34,966 bases of DNA from an uncultured Clostridia bacterium. GTDB taxonomy: Bacteria; Bacillota; Clostridia; TANB77; CAG-508. Location: contig CALXZV010000002.1 of assembly GCA_944393335.1 (NCBI GenBank), forward strand, positions 1 through 34,966, in the 5' to 3' direction. The position numbers were made by a program, and so were the translations under genes. A model generated the notes under the pieces. The model was not told the origin of the DNA, searched no databases, and worked only from the letters and a program-made list of their open reading frames with translations. Within the stretch, counting starts at the first letter, position 1; the number at the start of each line of letters is the position of its first letter. Of the stretch, positions 34,788-34,966 are shown in pieces.

Positions 34788-34916
34788 CATTTTTTATGAT
34801 TAATTACGCTATATATTGAATAAAAAAATAAAATGCAGGCTAATCATGATATTTCACATAATTTTACCTACATTTTTATTTATTATTTTACTGACATCCG
34901 GACACTTTTTTAAAAA

Positions 34917-34951
34917 AGAGTTCCTAGACATATTACTTGTCTAAGAACTCT
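34917..34951. terminator. Bidirectional rho-independent terminator-like hairpin at the right window edge
   Basis: 14-bp stem with one mismatch, AGAGTTCCTAGACA / TGTCTAAGAACTCT, and a 7-nt loop. It is flanked by a T-rich run on the plus strand (TTTCTTTTATTTTT) and a T6 run on the minus strand. It probably ends a minus-strand gene lying beyond 34966. Confidence 0.55.
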
Positions 34952-34966
34952 TTTCTTTTATTTTTG

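Noticed and set aside
34833-34913. 26-codon plus-strand ORF (MQANHDISHNFTYIFIYYFTDIRTLF) ending 4 nt before the terminator hairpin; possible small hydrophobic toxin
   Set aside because: There is no SD-like sequence upstream (AAAAAAATAAA precedes the ATG) and no recognisable promoter. An ORF this short is expected by chance. It is noted only because it is followed by a terminator.

Overview
Very AT-rich, Clostridium-like (low-GC Firmicute) chromosomal segment. That assignment is inferred from composition and the K/N/I-rich proteins; no search was run. Every credible gene is on the minus strand, and all plus-strand ORFs in the track look like antisense shadows. From right to left in transcription order, the window contains four parts. 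(1) A small accessory patch at 32.2-34.6 kb holds a DUF4143-type AAA ATPase, an RpiA-family isomerase and a 5'-truncated Rpn/PD-(D/E)XK transposase remnant. (2) A stand-alone secreted-protein gene (30555-31826) has an unusual leader: promoter, SD-preceded 18-codon ORF running through a (TA)10 microsatellite, then a long terminator hairpin. (3) A ~26-kb co-directional cell-envelope glycopolymer locus spans 4647-30389. It encodes 3 GT4, 4 GT2, one GT2-GT4 fusion, a Wzy/WaaL-like protein, a Wzm/Wzt ABC exporter, three polyprenyl-phosphate-sugar synthase-like GT2s, five polytopic GT-C-like proteins and a TagO/WecA-type initiating transferase. ruvB is embedded in the middle of it. (4) polA, an SLT lytic transglycosylase and galE follow. 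I saw no rRNA, tRNA, CRISPR array, intact transposase or integrase. The two most interesting items are the microsatellite-containing leader/attenuator upstream of the secreted protein and the dense multi-branch extracytoplasmic glycosylation machinery. That machinery lacks a GtrA flippase, an LCP ligase and TagF/TagD genes in this window. Several intergenic repeat arrays are also visible. All family calls rest on motif recognition by eye; no HMM or BLAST search was possible.
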